Of a DNA stretch of 56,945 nt, positions 34,466-43,311 are shown in pieces. Numbering within the stretch: position 1 is the first letter of the stretch; the number at the start of each line of letters is the position of its first letter. This stretch comes from Nitrososphaeria archaeon (lineage in GTDB: Archaea; Thermoproteota; Nitrososphaeria; JACIWG01): assembly GCA_029776125.1 (NCBI GenBank), contig JARVJS010000014.1:1-56945 (forward strand), read 5' to 3'. The notes under the pieces were generated by a model. It had not been told where the DNA came from, did not search any database, and worked only from the letters and a program-made list of their open reading frames with translations. Made by a program: the position numbers and the translations under genes.

Positions 34466-34577
34466 GCTGACGTGAGGTTGGGTTACTCCCGTTTGAGGAG
34501 GGCGGGGTTTAACATTTTTTCAATATGTTTGGGGAAACGGTGTTGGGCGGCGAATAACATTTTTTGCTCACGTCAGC
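34466..34577. promoter_or_regulatory. 11-bp perfect inverted repeats (GCTGACGTGAG / CTCACGTCAGC) bracketing a 90-bp segment directly upstream of the 828-aa surface-protein gene
   Basis: Read directly. The bracketed segment holds two direct repeats, GGGCGGNGNNTAACATTTTTT, at about 34500-34520 and 34545-34565. The gene start is at 34594. Confidence 0.6.
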
Positions 34578-34593
34578 TGAGAGAGTGTAGAAA

Positions 34594-37080
34594 ATGAGTC
34601 CAACACCATCAAAAAAGTTGAATAAGGTCGTTGGAACGCTAGAAGTGTTTATACTTCTTCTGCCAATTTTTGCTGGAGCATCTTCTCTTACACCAGTAGG
34701 CTATGCGAAGGCCATGTCTTACGTTAACCAGGACATTTTAGTGGACACTGTGTGGGACAAAAGTGGAAGCCCATATATTATACAGAAGAGTATCATGGTA
34801 GCAGAAGGTGCCACGTTGAAGATTGAGCCGGGCGTGGAAGTCGATGTCATCGAAAAGTCTACGATAACAGTGTACGGTAAAATTGTTGCAGGATCTGTTG
34901 GAGGAGAAGCTGTTAACGTTAAAGGCTGGGGTAAGCCTGGAACATTCTCTGTCCAAGTCAAAGGCGGAAATCTTCACATAGAAAATGCTGTGATAGAAAA
35001 TGTTCTTATGACGTTAGAGGATGCTGACGTGAAACTTTCTAGGCTGAAGACAGGGTCTTTTACGATAGACGTGTTCAACAGGTCCATGTTGGCAGCCGCG
35101 GGACTTGAAGCCGAAAGCCTGAAAGTCGGTGGAGGAAAATGTGGTATAGCATACTCTATCCTGTCCATAGAAAATTCGGAGGTCAAGTCAATCGAGGTTT
35201 CAGGATACGCTGGAGTTTACTGTTCGACTGTTAGACTGTCGGATGTCCAGAGCCAGACGATGAAAGTGGCTGGAAAGCCGCCATACTGGGTAGGCGGTGT
35301 GATGGGAGTCGACGTCTACAATTCCACAGTGTACTTTAACATGGTTTATGCTGGCAAAGTCGACATGAGCGGATATGGCGGCTTCAGGCACTCTTTCATA
35401 AAATTCGATGGCGGTAGGGTGGGAGACATTATCATGCCGCTTGACGTCTACAATTCTACTGTAGAAGTCTATTCTGTGGAAGCGGATACAGTAAACTTCT
35501 GTCCCGGTACGATGGTGCGTTCGAAAACCTTTTTCGAGAACGTTGTCGCGAACAAGATAATGTTCAACGGAAGCAAGTACTGGGGTGAAATCGCTTCCAA
35601 TTCGAACATTACATTCAACCGCATCGTGTGCAGGACATTGGCTGTTTCAGGCATGTCGGGAGACAGTGGAATCGACGTGAGAAACAGTACTATAAAGATT
35701 GTTGGGTCCACAGTCGCATACGGTTCAGGAGTGTACGTCAGGTGCCTCACGAACTCGGTTCTGGAAATAAGTGGATCAAACGTTTACGGAAACAGTCCAT
35801 ACGGCCTCTATGTTGGATCATCGTCTGGCATGATTATAGGCAAAAATCCTGTCGTTAAAGTGGACGGAAACTGGTGGGGTGACGCTAGCGGACCAACCAA
35901 TCCAAAACTTAATCCGGGCGGAAAAGGCGACACCATCATAGTTCCAGACAATACTACAATATCCAAGTGGCTTACTTCTCCAGCGGGAGGAGCTGTGATG
36001 CCAAGGTCTAGGCTTGAGCCAGCGAATCCTGTTATAGCAAGAGGAAGTCCAGCATCTTTTATGGTAGCAGCTGAAGGAAGCAGGATAGCCGCATGCTTCA
36101 TGGACTTCGGAGACGGTTCTGTGTCAGGCTGGACACGTGACCTGCCAGTAGTCCACGTGTATAATGCGGTTGGAGAATATCTGGTTACAGCGTACACGGT
36201 GCACGAGAACATGCTTTTAACTAAAGCATCTGCTTTGGTCAGGGTGGCGTCACCTCCTTCCGTTAAAATAGTGTCTCCTGCAAACGGTACACTATTAAAA
36301 GATAACATGGTGAAAGTGGATGTTAACGTAGAGGATCCGGTTGGGATAATATTGTGCCAGATTAAAGTGGACGATTTTACTAGAACCGTGAAACCGAATA
36401 CTACAAGATACGCTGGAACAGTCTCTTTGGGTCCTATAGCGGACGGGTGGCATCTTGTCGAGGTCAATGCTACAAACGTGTTTGGGCTATCATCTTTGGA
36501 TAACGTTGTTGTCGGAACAGACACTATCACCCCATGTATAGAAATAGAAGCTCCTCCAGCAACAAGCGGAACCTTCACTTTGAAATGGAATATAACAGAC
36601 AATTTTAGCGGCGTGAACCCTGACAGCGTCAGAATATCGTGTGGAAGAATATATTTTCCACGTGCGGTCGTCGGAAGCATTAACCTCACAATTGATGCCA
36701 CAACAAACATTATAGTTTATGCTGCAGACTATGCTGGAAACACTATTGAAGCAAACTTTACGATAAAGTATGTTGGAAAAACTTCTACAGCTACTGCAAC
36801 AGCCTCTCAGACTGAAACTTCTTCTTCCACTGAACCGTGTTCCAGCGAATCTTCTACTATACCATCGTATCATGGGCAGGAAGGCGAATACGATTGGATA
36901 AACTATGTTGTACCCTTCGTTATCCTGGCAGCAGTTGTAGCTGCGGTCGCGTTAGCTGTCGTCTATAGGTTCAGGAGAAAGAGGGAGGTTGCCGAAATTA
37001 AGGCGATTGAAGGTGAAACCGTGGAAGGCGGGCAGGCTGGAGCAGGCGGGGCAGGGGGCGGAGGAAATGAAGCTGTTTGA
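34594..37080 (+). CDS. Secreted, membrane-anchored surface protein with beta-helix repeats, PKD domain and Ig-like domains
   Basis: 828 aa. Signal-like N-terminus (VFILLLPIFAGASS), a long repetitive beta-helix-like region, and the PKD signature FMDFGDGSVSGW...VHVYNAVGEYLVTAYTV. Also a DNFSGV Ig-like module, a Ser/Thr-rich stalk, a C-terminal TM helix (VVPFVILAAVVAAVALAVVY) and a basic/Gly-rich tail. Confidence 0.7.
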   Translation: MSPTPSKKLNKVVGTLEVFILLLPIFAGASSLTPVGYAKAMSYVNQDILVDTVWDKSGSPYIIQKSIMVAEGATLKIEPGVEVDVIEKSTITVYGKIVAGSVGGEAVNVKGWGKPGTFSVQVKGGNLHIENAVIENVLMTLEDADVKLSRLKTGSFTIDVFNRSMLAAAGLEAESLKVGGGKCGIAYSILSIENSEVKSIEVSGYAGVYCSTVRLSDVQSQTMKVAGKPPYWVGGVMGVDVYNSTVYFNMVYAGKVDMSGYGGFRHSFIKFDGGRVGDIIMPLDVYNSTVEVYSVEADTVNFCPGTMVRSKTFFENVVANKIMFNGSKYWGEIASNSNITFNRIVCRTLAVSGMSGDSGIDVRNSTIKIVGSTVAYGSGVYVRCLTNSVLEISGSNVYGNSPYGLYVGSSSGMIIGKNPVVKVDGNWWGDASGPTNPKLNPGGKGDTIIVPDNTTISKWLTSPAGGAVMPRSRLEPANPVIARGSPASFMVAAEGSRIAACFMDFGDGSVSGWTRDLPVVHVYNAVGEYLVTAYTVHENMLLTKASALVRVASPPSVKIVSPANGTLLKDNMVKVDVNVEDPVGIILCQIKVDDFTRTVKPNTTRYAGTVSLGPIADGWHLVEVNATNVFGLSSLDNVVVGTDTITPCIEIEAPPATSGTFTLKWNITDNFSGVNPDSVRISCGRIYFPRAVVGSINLTIDATTNIIVYAADYAGNTIEANFTIKYVGKTSTATATASQTETSSSTEPCSSESSTIPSYHGQEGEYDWINYVVPFVILAAVVAAVALAVVYRFRRKREVAEIKAIEGETVEGGQAGAGGAGGGGNEAV

Positions 37081-38935
37081 GCATACAATGGTCAATATCT
37101 TCCTGTTTGTGGCAATAGTGTCAGTTGTCACATACTATCCTTTGCCGATTCCACACTTTTCTAACTTCATGTCATATACGGAGTTCACTGGAATGCCTAG
37201 CACGAGTCTTCCACCAGATTTCGGTGAGAAACTGACAGAGTTCATTGACATGTGTGTATGGTGGCCTACAATTTTTGTGAAAATGTTGACCGGGGCAGCA
37301 AGTTGGCCGTATTCTGCAACGATGCAACTTGGTGTAGTCTATCTTAGTTGGATAATTTTTATTGCTGCAAGCGGTGTACCAGACCTAGATTCTGAAGGCG
37401 GCAACATACTAAGCGTTGTATTGTATCTTCCTCTAACATTCCTCCTATGGGCTCTGAAGAAGATTGCGCCTGAACCATTCAGGCACAGGGGTGCCGCGCA
37501 CAGCATATTTTATGCACTACTCGCGTCAGCAGTAAACTTTCTTCTGATGTACTTACTCTATGTTTTTGTCGTGCGAGCGATTGGCGTAAACACATTCATT
37601 GGAGGGTTGCTGGAAACCATGGCTATTTTTTCGGCTTCACTTTTGCCACTATGCTATCTAGGGCACATTCTGTTTGACACTTCAACCGAGTCCGGGGTCA
37701 GACTATTCTATCCTCTTTCGAACAAAGTCTTCTATGGAAAATTTTGGCCAGTGTTCGCTTCCCCGCTTCTACCATTCGCATACTTTATTATTGTACCATT
37801 CATTCCCAGGCAGGAGACTGCAGTCTACTGGACACAATTTTACAGCCTGTTTCCGCCAGCGTTCGCTCTATCGCTTGCACTTATACCGACGTCGATAGCT
37901 GTTAGTACATTGACTAGGAAGCCGGGAAAGTCTAAGGTAGGCAGTCTTCCTAGGACAGTGGACACAATTTTACAAGCCGATTACCCGCATGGTTCAGAGG
38001 ACACGGTGTCAGAAAGTTTGCAGGACAAAATGTTGGAAGAACGTAGGAGGAGTCTGGAGAAAGCGGAGGCTGAAAGGAGACAGGGGACTGCAATGAAGAT
38101 TATAATGGAGAAGGTTTTGGAGACTGCGAAGGACAGTGGGAAAGGCGAAGAATCTTTGCTGGAGAAAAGGAAAGCTGGAGGCCGGAAAAATAATGTTGCA
38201 CTAGAGTCCATTTGGTTCCAGGAAAAGGATTTGGAGAAAGTGTGGGCGTTCTATCTCCAGAAGAACGGTGGATCCGTTAACAGAGCGTTAGAAGAGTTTA
38301 AGCTGAAGGCTGAAGCGTTCAAGAAAACGAGTGAGGGGAAAGGGTTAGCTGAGCAAATTGACACTGTTGTAAAAGAGATCGTCGACGAAATAGCAAAAAA
38401 GAAAGTATTTGAAGAGGAAATTTATAGGAAAGCTAAAGAGGAATTGTCTAAAATGGAAAGTCAGCCTATAAAACAGGAGTATGCGACACCGAAACCTGTT
38501 GAACAGATACAAAACCTGTTGAACAGAAAACCAAAACCTGTTGAACAGATAAAGGATTCAAAAAATCTGCCGGCAATTAGGTCACCAGATTTGAAAAGGA
38601 TCCAAAAGGTTTGGAAAGTTGACGTTAAAGACATGCGACCAGAAAGACCTAAAGAATTGGTAGAAGGTGGATTTTATGAGGACGCGTATGTGTCAGCGTT
38701 CTCATTACTTGAATATGTGTTAAAGAAGAATATGAAAATGATTTATGGCGACTTCCGTGCCGTACTTGACAAAATGGTGGAAGAAGAAAAAATTTCTTCT
38801 ACACTAAAAGAAAGAATCAGCCAATATTATGATATAAGAAACGGTGTGGTACACTCTGGCAGGAAAGTTTCTTTTAAAGAAGTTCGCGAATTCGTTAACT
38901 TCGTGTACGATGTGTTAGAGGGTCAAGTACACTAG
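37067..38935 (+). CDS. Fusion protein with N-terminal YdjM/DUF457-type membrane domain, charged coiled-coil linker and C-terminal HEPN domain
   Basis: I prefer the ATG at 37067, which follows GGAGGAA; the ORF track starts at 36989 inside the upstream gene. The polytopic N-terminus has VPDLDSEGG and FRHRGAAHSIFYAL, which are DUF457 hallmarks. About 230 aa of Lys/Glu-rich linker follow. The C-terminal FYEDAYVSAFSLLEYVLKK...YYDIRNGVVHSG carries the Rx4H HEPN motif. Confidence 0.6.
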   Translation: MKLFEHTMVNIFLFVAIVSVVTYYPLPIPHFSNFMSYTEFTGMPSTSLPPDFGEKLTEFIDMCVWWPTIFVKMLTGAASWPYSATMQLGVVYLSWIIFIAASGVPDLDSEGGNILSVVLYLPLTFLLWALKKIAPEPFRHRGAAHSIFYALLASAVNFLLMYLLYVFVVRAIGVNTFIGGLLETMAIFSASLLPLCYLGHILFDTSTESGVRLFYPLSNKVFYGKFWPVFASPLLPFAYFIIVPFIPRQETAVYWTQFYSLFPPAFALSLALIPTSIAVSTLTRKPGKSKVGSLPRTVDTILQADYPHGSEDTVSESLQDKMLEERRRSLEKAEAERRQGTAMKIIMEKVLETAKDSGKGEESLLEKRKAGGRKNNVALESIWFQEKDLEKVWAFYLQKNGGSVNRALEEFKLKAEAFKKTSEGKGLAEQIDTVVKEIVDEIAKKKVFEEEIYRKAKEELSKMESQPIKQEYATPKPVEQIQNLLNRKPKPVEQIKDSKNLPAIRSPDLKRIQKVWKVDVKDMRPERPKELVEGGFYEDAYVSAFSLLEYVLKKNMKMIYGDFRAVLDKMVEEEKISSTLKERISQYYDIRNGVVHSGRKVSFKEVREFVNFVYDVLEGQVH

Positions 38936-39465
38936 AAACTGATTCTTAATCATAACAAATATACGATGAACTAACATTTTTCAAATGAATTTTAGTATCA
39001 CTCTTTGAGTTGATGAACATTTTAAAGGAAAAATGTCTGCCACATTTGGCACGAATTCAAACACACTCTGTAGCCAAAAAAGACTAGAGTTATATAGAAA
39101 TTAGAACTAAATATTTTTTCTCAAGCTAGATACGAAACAAGTGAAGCATGATTTAAATGCTCGTGGCTTATAAAGCATGTAGACTTAGGCACACCAGAAA
39201 AATCGAAGACATCAAAAAGATATGATCCAAGATCAGAATAGCTCTCTCAAAATTCATATTCGCTCGCCTCTGTTGAGGTTCCTACCAGCCTAGATAATTG
39301 GGTAAAACTTAGGTAAAAGTAGATAAAAAAACTGGAAAAATAAAACATAAAGAAAATATCAAAATAAAATTTTCTTTGACAACGTTGGTTAAAGACCAGA
39401 TTTCTAAACGCCTAAATTTATAAAAAAGTTTGATCCGAAAGACGGGCGCCAAACAAAAAACTTTT

Positions 39466-39481
39466 ATCCCTTCCCCGGCGT
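39466..39481 (+). repeat. attR core (ATCCCTTCCCCGGCGT), displaced tRNA-Ser 3-prime fragment
   Basis: Identical 16-mer at 16485-16500. Host-like AT-rich core genes resume downstream. Confidence 0.7.
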
Positions 39482-39676
39482 CTGTTCTCTTAATTCTTTT
39501 ATATCAAAAATAGATAATCTGTTATTTTTAATGCAATTAAATGCAATTATTGGATAATTTTGATCACATTATTAGTTCTCCTATCAATCCAATTAATTAA
39601 AATTAGTTCCACACTATATAGTGAATTATAGAATGTTCTAGTCTTTGATTAATTATTCCGTTTAAAGATGAAAAAT

Positions 39677-39949
39677 TTAATCCCTTATATTTTCTAGACA
39701 ACTTATTGCATCATATATTTTTACTCTAGCAAATATTGGTAAATTTGGATCTTCGCTTATTTCAGTAAGTATTGCTACAGCATTTGCCGCTCGCACTCCA
39801 AGTTTTCCGGATCCTTTTTGTAAGTCTGTCATAATTTCCTTTATTGTTTTTCTTATATTTCTTGGGACTGTTACTGTTTCAGAAATGTTTTGAAGTACTG
39901 CCAGTGCTTTAGTAACTCTTTCTTGATTTTCTTTACTGATTGTTGACAA
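39677..39949 (-). CDS. UPF0147-family small helical protein
   Basis: 90 aa. VPRNIRKTIKEIMTDL...LGVRAANAVAILTEISEDPNLPIFARVKIYDAIS matches the conserved archaeal UPF0147 pattern as I recall it. Confidence 0.6.
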   Translation of the reverse strand: MSTISKENQERVTKALAVLQNISETVTVPRNIRKTIKEIMTDLQKGSGKLGVRAANAVAILTEISEDPNLPIFARVKIYDAISCLENIRD

Positions 39950-40036
39950 TGTTCATCACCCTCCATGTTAAGAATTATACCCCCTATTATATCCCCTAAA
40001 TTATTTAATTTAAATCTTCTATTATGTTGTTACTTG

Positions 40037-42178
40037 TTATTTAAGTTTATTGTAGTCCAAAGTTACTATTTCTCTTATCCTTTTTGCAATAGTCTCACCG
40101 ATTCCTTTAACTTCCATCAACTCGTTTTCATCGGCATTAAAGATCCTTTGTAATGTACCAAATTTTTCTAGTAATCTTTCAGCTAAAATTGCACTTATTC
40201 CGGGTATTCCGGCAAGAACATATTTTTGAACCTCTTTTATATTGAGAGGTTTTGTTCCCTCGCGAATTTTTACACTCTTTTTTTTCTCAATTTGTTCTCT
40301 TTTTGCAATACTATAAAGTAGGAAGGCTGTCTCAGAATTTGATTCAGTTATTATTATGGGTATATTGAAGTCTGAAATTAGGCTTGCTAATGCTCCATAG
40401 AATGAATTTAATGAAACTCTTTCTATGTCCCCTCTTTTCTCTATTATTATAATTGGTTTAGTATATTGTTGTTTAAGGTTTAATGCCTGTGAAAAAAGTC
40501 TTCCATCTATTATTGATTCCACAAAATCTTTGATTGTTTTTCTTTCAACACAAACCTCCTCTGATAATAAAAAGTCTCCTATTTCTAATCTTTCTTCTTC
40601 AACCTTTATATTATATTTTGAAAGCTCATGTTTTATTTCATCATTTTCTCTGTGATCCACTATTATTCTTAACGAGTTCTCTTCATCTTTTAGATCAATG
40701 AAGTACTCTAGAGGCAACATTTTTGTATCCTTTTTTATCTCCTTTATTACTTTTTCCGCCTTTTTCTTGCCGGCCCAAAAAATTGCCTCTTCTTTGGTTC
40801 CCTCCATAATTAAAGCAATAATTTTTCCTCTCTTTTTTCTTCCTGTTCTTCCTTTTCTCTGGACAAATCTTATTGCATCTGAAACATTATCATAGAAAAT
40901 TACTGTATTACATTCTGATATATCTAATCCCTCCTCACCTACTCTTGTTGCAAATAATACTCTGTATATTCCCTCCTTCATTTTTTCGAGAACATCTAAT
41001 TGCTCTTTTTGTGATTGGCTAATACTTCCCCTCTTTCCAATTAGATATGCTCCTTGTATGTTCCAATTTTTTGCTTTTTCAAAAAGCATTTTTGCAGCAT
41101 ATTTATGATTTGTAAAAACTATGGCATTATCTGTTCCCTTAATATGCGTTAAGATTTTTTTTAATTGAATTACTTTTGGATGCTCCTCCCCTACTACTTG
41201 CATACTTTTTGCTACTTCGTAGGCTGTTCTAAAATCAGGATCATTTTTTAATTGAACCACACTTTTCCCTTTTTTTAAAAATATTTTTTCGCAGTAATCA
41301 ATAAAAGGTTCAATGCCATATGTTTCAACTAGATTTAGACAATGATGTATCCTAATTAATGAGGTAATAATTGTTTTATTTTCTATATCTATTTCCCTTC
41401 TACGCAATTCTAGAAGTTCCTTAAGCGATTTAATTTTAGAAAAGTTTACATTTTCGTTTTTTAATTGTTTACTTATATTTTCAATCGATTTAAGTAAACT
41501 TTGTCTTATTCGATTTAAGGCTGCAGTCGGCTTTACCTTAACTACTATAATTTTTGACCCAAAAATATACTTTTTAACCTCGGGTTCTTCTTCTGTAATT
41601 GTTTCTATATCTGATAATTTTAGTGAATCTAGGATATTTTGAACTCTTTCCTTTTCTAGAGGTGGTGATGCCGTGAATCCAATTATCCTTATGTCTTTAT
41701 TTTTTTGAAAAATTTCTTTCCCTAGTATTGCATATGGGTGATCACCAATTGCATGATGCGCTTCATCAAAAATTACAGCATAAAATTGTTTGATGTCAAA
41801 TATATCTTTTTCTAAGTCGTTTAAAGTGACTTCTGCTGTAGCAATTACTATCCTTTTGCTCCATAAATTTTTCCTTTCTTCAATATTCTTTTCTCCAGTT
41901 ACTTCCATTATTTCCTCACAATCTAAATCCAAAATTTCTTTTAATGTAGTTGCATGTTGGCCTACTAAAACGCGTGTTGGCGCAATTATTAAAAATCTTC
42001 TTGTTTCGTCCATGTTTAATGCTTTCGCGATAAATAATGCTGCAATAACTGTTTTTCCTAAACCTGTTGGTGCTACAATTAAACAATTTTTTTCAAGACA
42101 AATATTTGAAAATTTATCCTGATATTCTCTAAATTCAACTTTACCCTTTTTTATAAATTTAATTTCCACAAATTGCAT
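40037..42178 (-). CDS. hef: Hef (FANCM/XPF-like) helicase-nuclease
   Basis: 713 aa. SF2 helicase motifs VAPTGLGKT and FDEAHHAIG. ERCC4 nuclease block GDFLLSEEVCVERKTIKDFVESIIDGRLFSQ. The C-terminal (HhH)2 is LAGIPGISAILAERLLEKFG...EVKGIGETIAKRI. Confidence 0.85.
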   Translation of the reverse strand: MQFVEIKFIKKGKVEFREYQDKFSNICLEKNCLIVAPTGLGKTVIAALFIAKALNMDETRRFLIIAPTRVLVGQHATTLKEILDLDCEEIMEVTGEKNIEERKNLWSKRIVIATAEVTLNDLEKDIFDIKQFYAVIFDEAHHAIGDHPYAILGKEIFQKNKDIRIIGFTASPPLEKERVQNILDSLKLSDIETITEEEPEVKKYIFGSKIIVVKVKPTAALNRIRQSLLKSIENISKQLKNENVNFSKIKSLKELLELRRREIDIENKTIITSLIRIHHCLNLVETYGIEPFIDYCEKIFLKKGKSVVQLKNDPDFRTAYEVAKSMQVVGEEHPKVIQLKKILTHIKGTDNAIVFTNHKYAAKMLFEKAKNWNIQGAYLIGKRGSISQSQKEQLDVLEKMKEGIYRVLFATRVGEEGLDISECNTVIFYDNVSDAIRFVQRKGRTGRKKRGKIIALIMEGTKEEAIFWAGKKKAEKVIKEIKKDTKMLPLEYFIDLKDEENSLRIIVDHRENDEIKHELSKYNIKVEEERLEIGDFLLSEEVCVERKTIKDFVESIIDGRLFSQALNLKQQYTKPIIIIEKRGDIERVSLNSFYGALASLISDFNIPIIITESNSETAFLLYSIAKREQIEKKKSVKIREGTKPLNIKEVQKYVLAGIPGISAILAERLLEKFGTLQRIFNADENELMEVKGIGETIAKRIREIVTLDYNKLK

Positions 42179-42270
42179 ATCGGCCCTTTTGTTTATATAT
42201 TAGTTTAATTAAATCTTTTTGAACACTAATTAAGTAGGTATAAGTAAAAATATGGTGGTGTCTATCTTGC

Positions 42271-43311
42271 ATGCAAATTTTGGGTGAAGAGGACTTAATA
42301 AAATATCCTTTCTTAGAAGAAACTAGACAGTATATCGCAAAATTGGGTTTAACATTAGATGATTTCACGCTAAATGAATTTGAGAAAGTAATAAGGCGAT
42401 GTGAATTAAGGTTAATGTCCTCAAAGTATCCACCTGAACTTTATACTCTCGATAAAGATACTGATCTGCTCTCCTTTATGTTAGCTGTTATTATTATTAA
42501 AGCAAGTCAACGTGAAGACGTGATCGCCAGGTTCGCTTTTAATGAAGCAAGTCGTGCAGAATATTTCTTAAAAACTGAGCGAAATAAAAGTATTCTAACA
42601 TATATTTTAAGAAGATTATTAAATATAAACATATACGAAGTTGATTATGCTATATGCAATGAATATTACGAGTACGCAATCCATGTTAAAGATTATGTTA
42701 AACTTTCTTCTTCTTTAAAAAGTCTTCATTGGAAGATTGTTAACAAAATAGTTAGTAACGGTCTTGTTTACCTAAGAAGACAGGAACTAATAAGACTTGC
42801 TCGTGATAAAATATTTCAAGAAATATTTAAAAGAATAAAAGATGCTCCAACTCCAATAGTTCCCCAAAAACTCCAATATCTTGTTGATATAGTAAGAAAT
42901 CGTCCTCTTCCAAAAAGATTGCACGAAAGCTCTGTCTTAACAGAAGACCCTCCTTGCGTGAAACAAATATTAGATAAAATTAAGTCTGGAAAAAATTTGT
43001 CACACTATGAACGTTTTTTCATAACAACTTTTTTACTAAAAAAAGGAAAATCAACTGAAGAAATTGTAAGTCTATTTTCCTCTTCTCCAGATTTTAATGA
43101 AAAAATTGCAAAATATCAAGTTGAACATATTGCAGGTTTGCGAGGAGGACGAAAAAGATATAATGTTCCGGATTGTAAAACCCTTTTTTCTCAAGGCTTA
43201 TGTTATAAAGATGATTCATGCAACAATATATCTCATCCTCTGAATTACAAACTTAAAAAAGGTGATAAGACGCTTGATAGAAAAAGACGATTTTCTAAAG
43301 AAAGCATTTAG
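42271..43311 (+). CDS. priL: DNA primase large subunit PriL
   Basis: 346 aa. The C-terminal Fe-S domain pattern is PPCVKQILDKIKSGKNLSHYERFFITTFLLKKGKSTEEIVSLF...YQVEHIAG...YNVPDCKTL...GLCYKDDSC. Confidence 0.85.
   Translation: MQILGEEDLIKYPFLEETRQYIAKLGLTLDDFTLNEFEKVIRRCELRLMSSKYPPELYTLDKDTDLLSFMLAVIIIKASQREDVIARFAFNEASRAEYFLKTERNKSILTYILRRLLNINIYEVDYAICNEYYEYAIHVKDYVKLSSSLKSLHWKIVNKIVSNGLVYLRRQELIRLARDKIFQEIFKRIKDAPTPIVPQKLQYLVDIVRNRPLPKRLHESSVLTEDPPCVKQILDKIKSGKNLSHYERFFITTFLLKKGKSTEEIVSLFSSSPDFNEKIAKYQVEHIAGLRGGRKRYNVPDCKTLFSQGLCYKDDSCNNISHPLNYKLKKGDKTLDRKRRFSKESI

Larger units (their letters stand above)
16485..39481. mobile_element. Integrated ~23-kb GC-rich element (integrative plasmid or provirus of unrecognised family) inserted in the 3-prime end of tRNA-Ser
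   Basis: A 16-bp direct repeat, ATCCCTTCCCCGGCGT, occurs at both ends; the left copy is the tRNA 3-prime end. A tyrosine integrase lies immediately inside attL. Composition jumps abruptly from about 30% to about 50% GC at 16.5 kb. Gene content is plasmid/virus-like and differs from the flanking core genes. Confidence 0.8.

Noticed and set aside
35808-36710. 300-aa minus-strand ORF (and 36490..36873, 34719..35391 and similar frames)
   Set aside because: These are antisense to the 828-aa surface-protein gene, which has PKD and signal/anchor features. They are shadow frames.
38936-39465. AT-rich 530-bp tail between the last element gene and attR, examined for a gene, small RNA or second att site
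   Set aside because: It has stops in all frames, no convincing hairpins or repeats, and no further tRNA-fragment match. It is left unannotated and could be a remnant of host-like or older inserted DNA.
16485-39481. Calling the element a provirus
   Set aside because: I could not recognise a major capsid protein, portal, terminase, packaging ATPase or known archaeal virus hallmark in any translation. The surface proteins are suggestive but not diagnostic, so the call stays at integrated element of unknown type.
42159-42368. 69-aa minus-strand ORF in the hef-priL intergenic region
   Set aside because: It overlaps the priL start and the hef 5-prime end, has no motif, and lies in an AT-rich promoter region for the two divergent genes.
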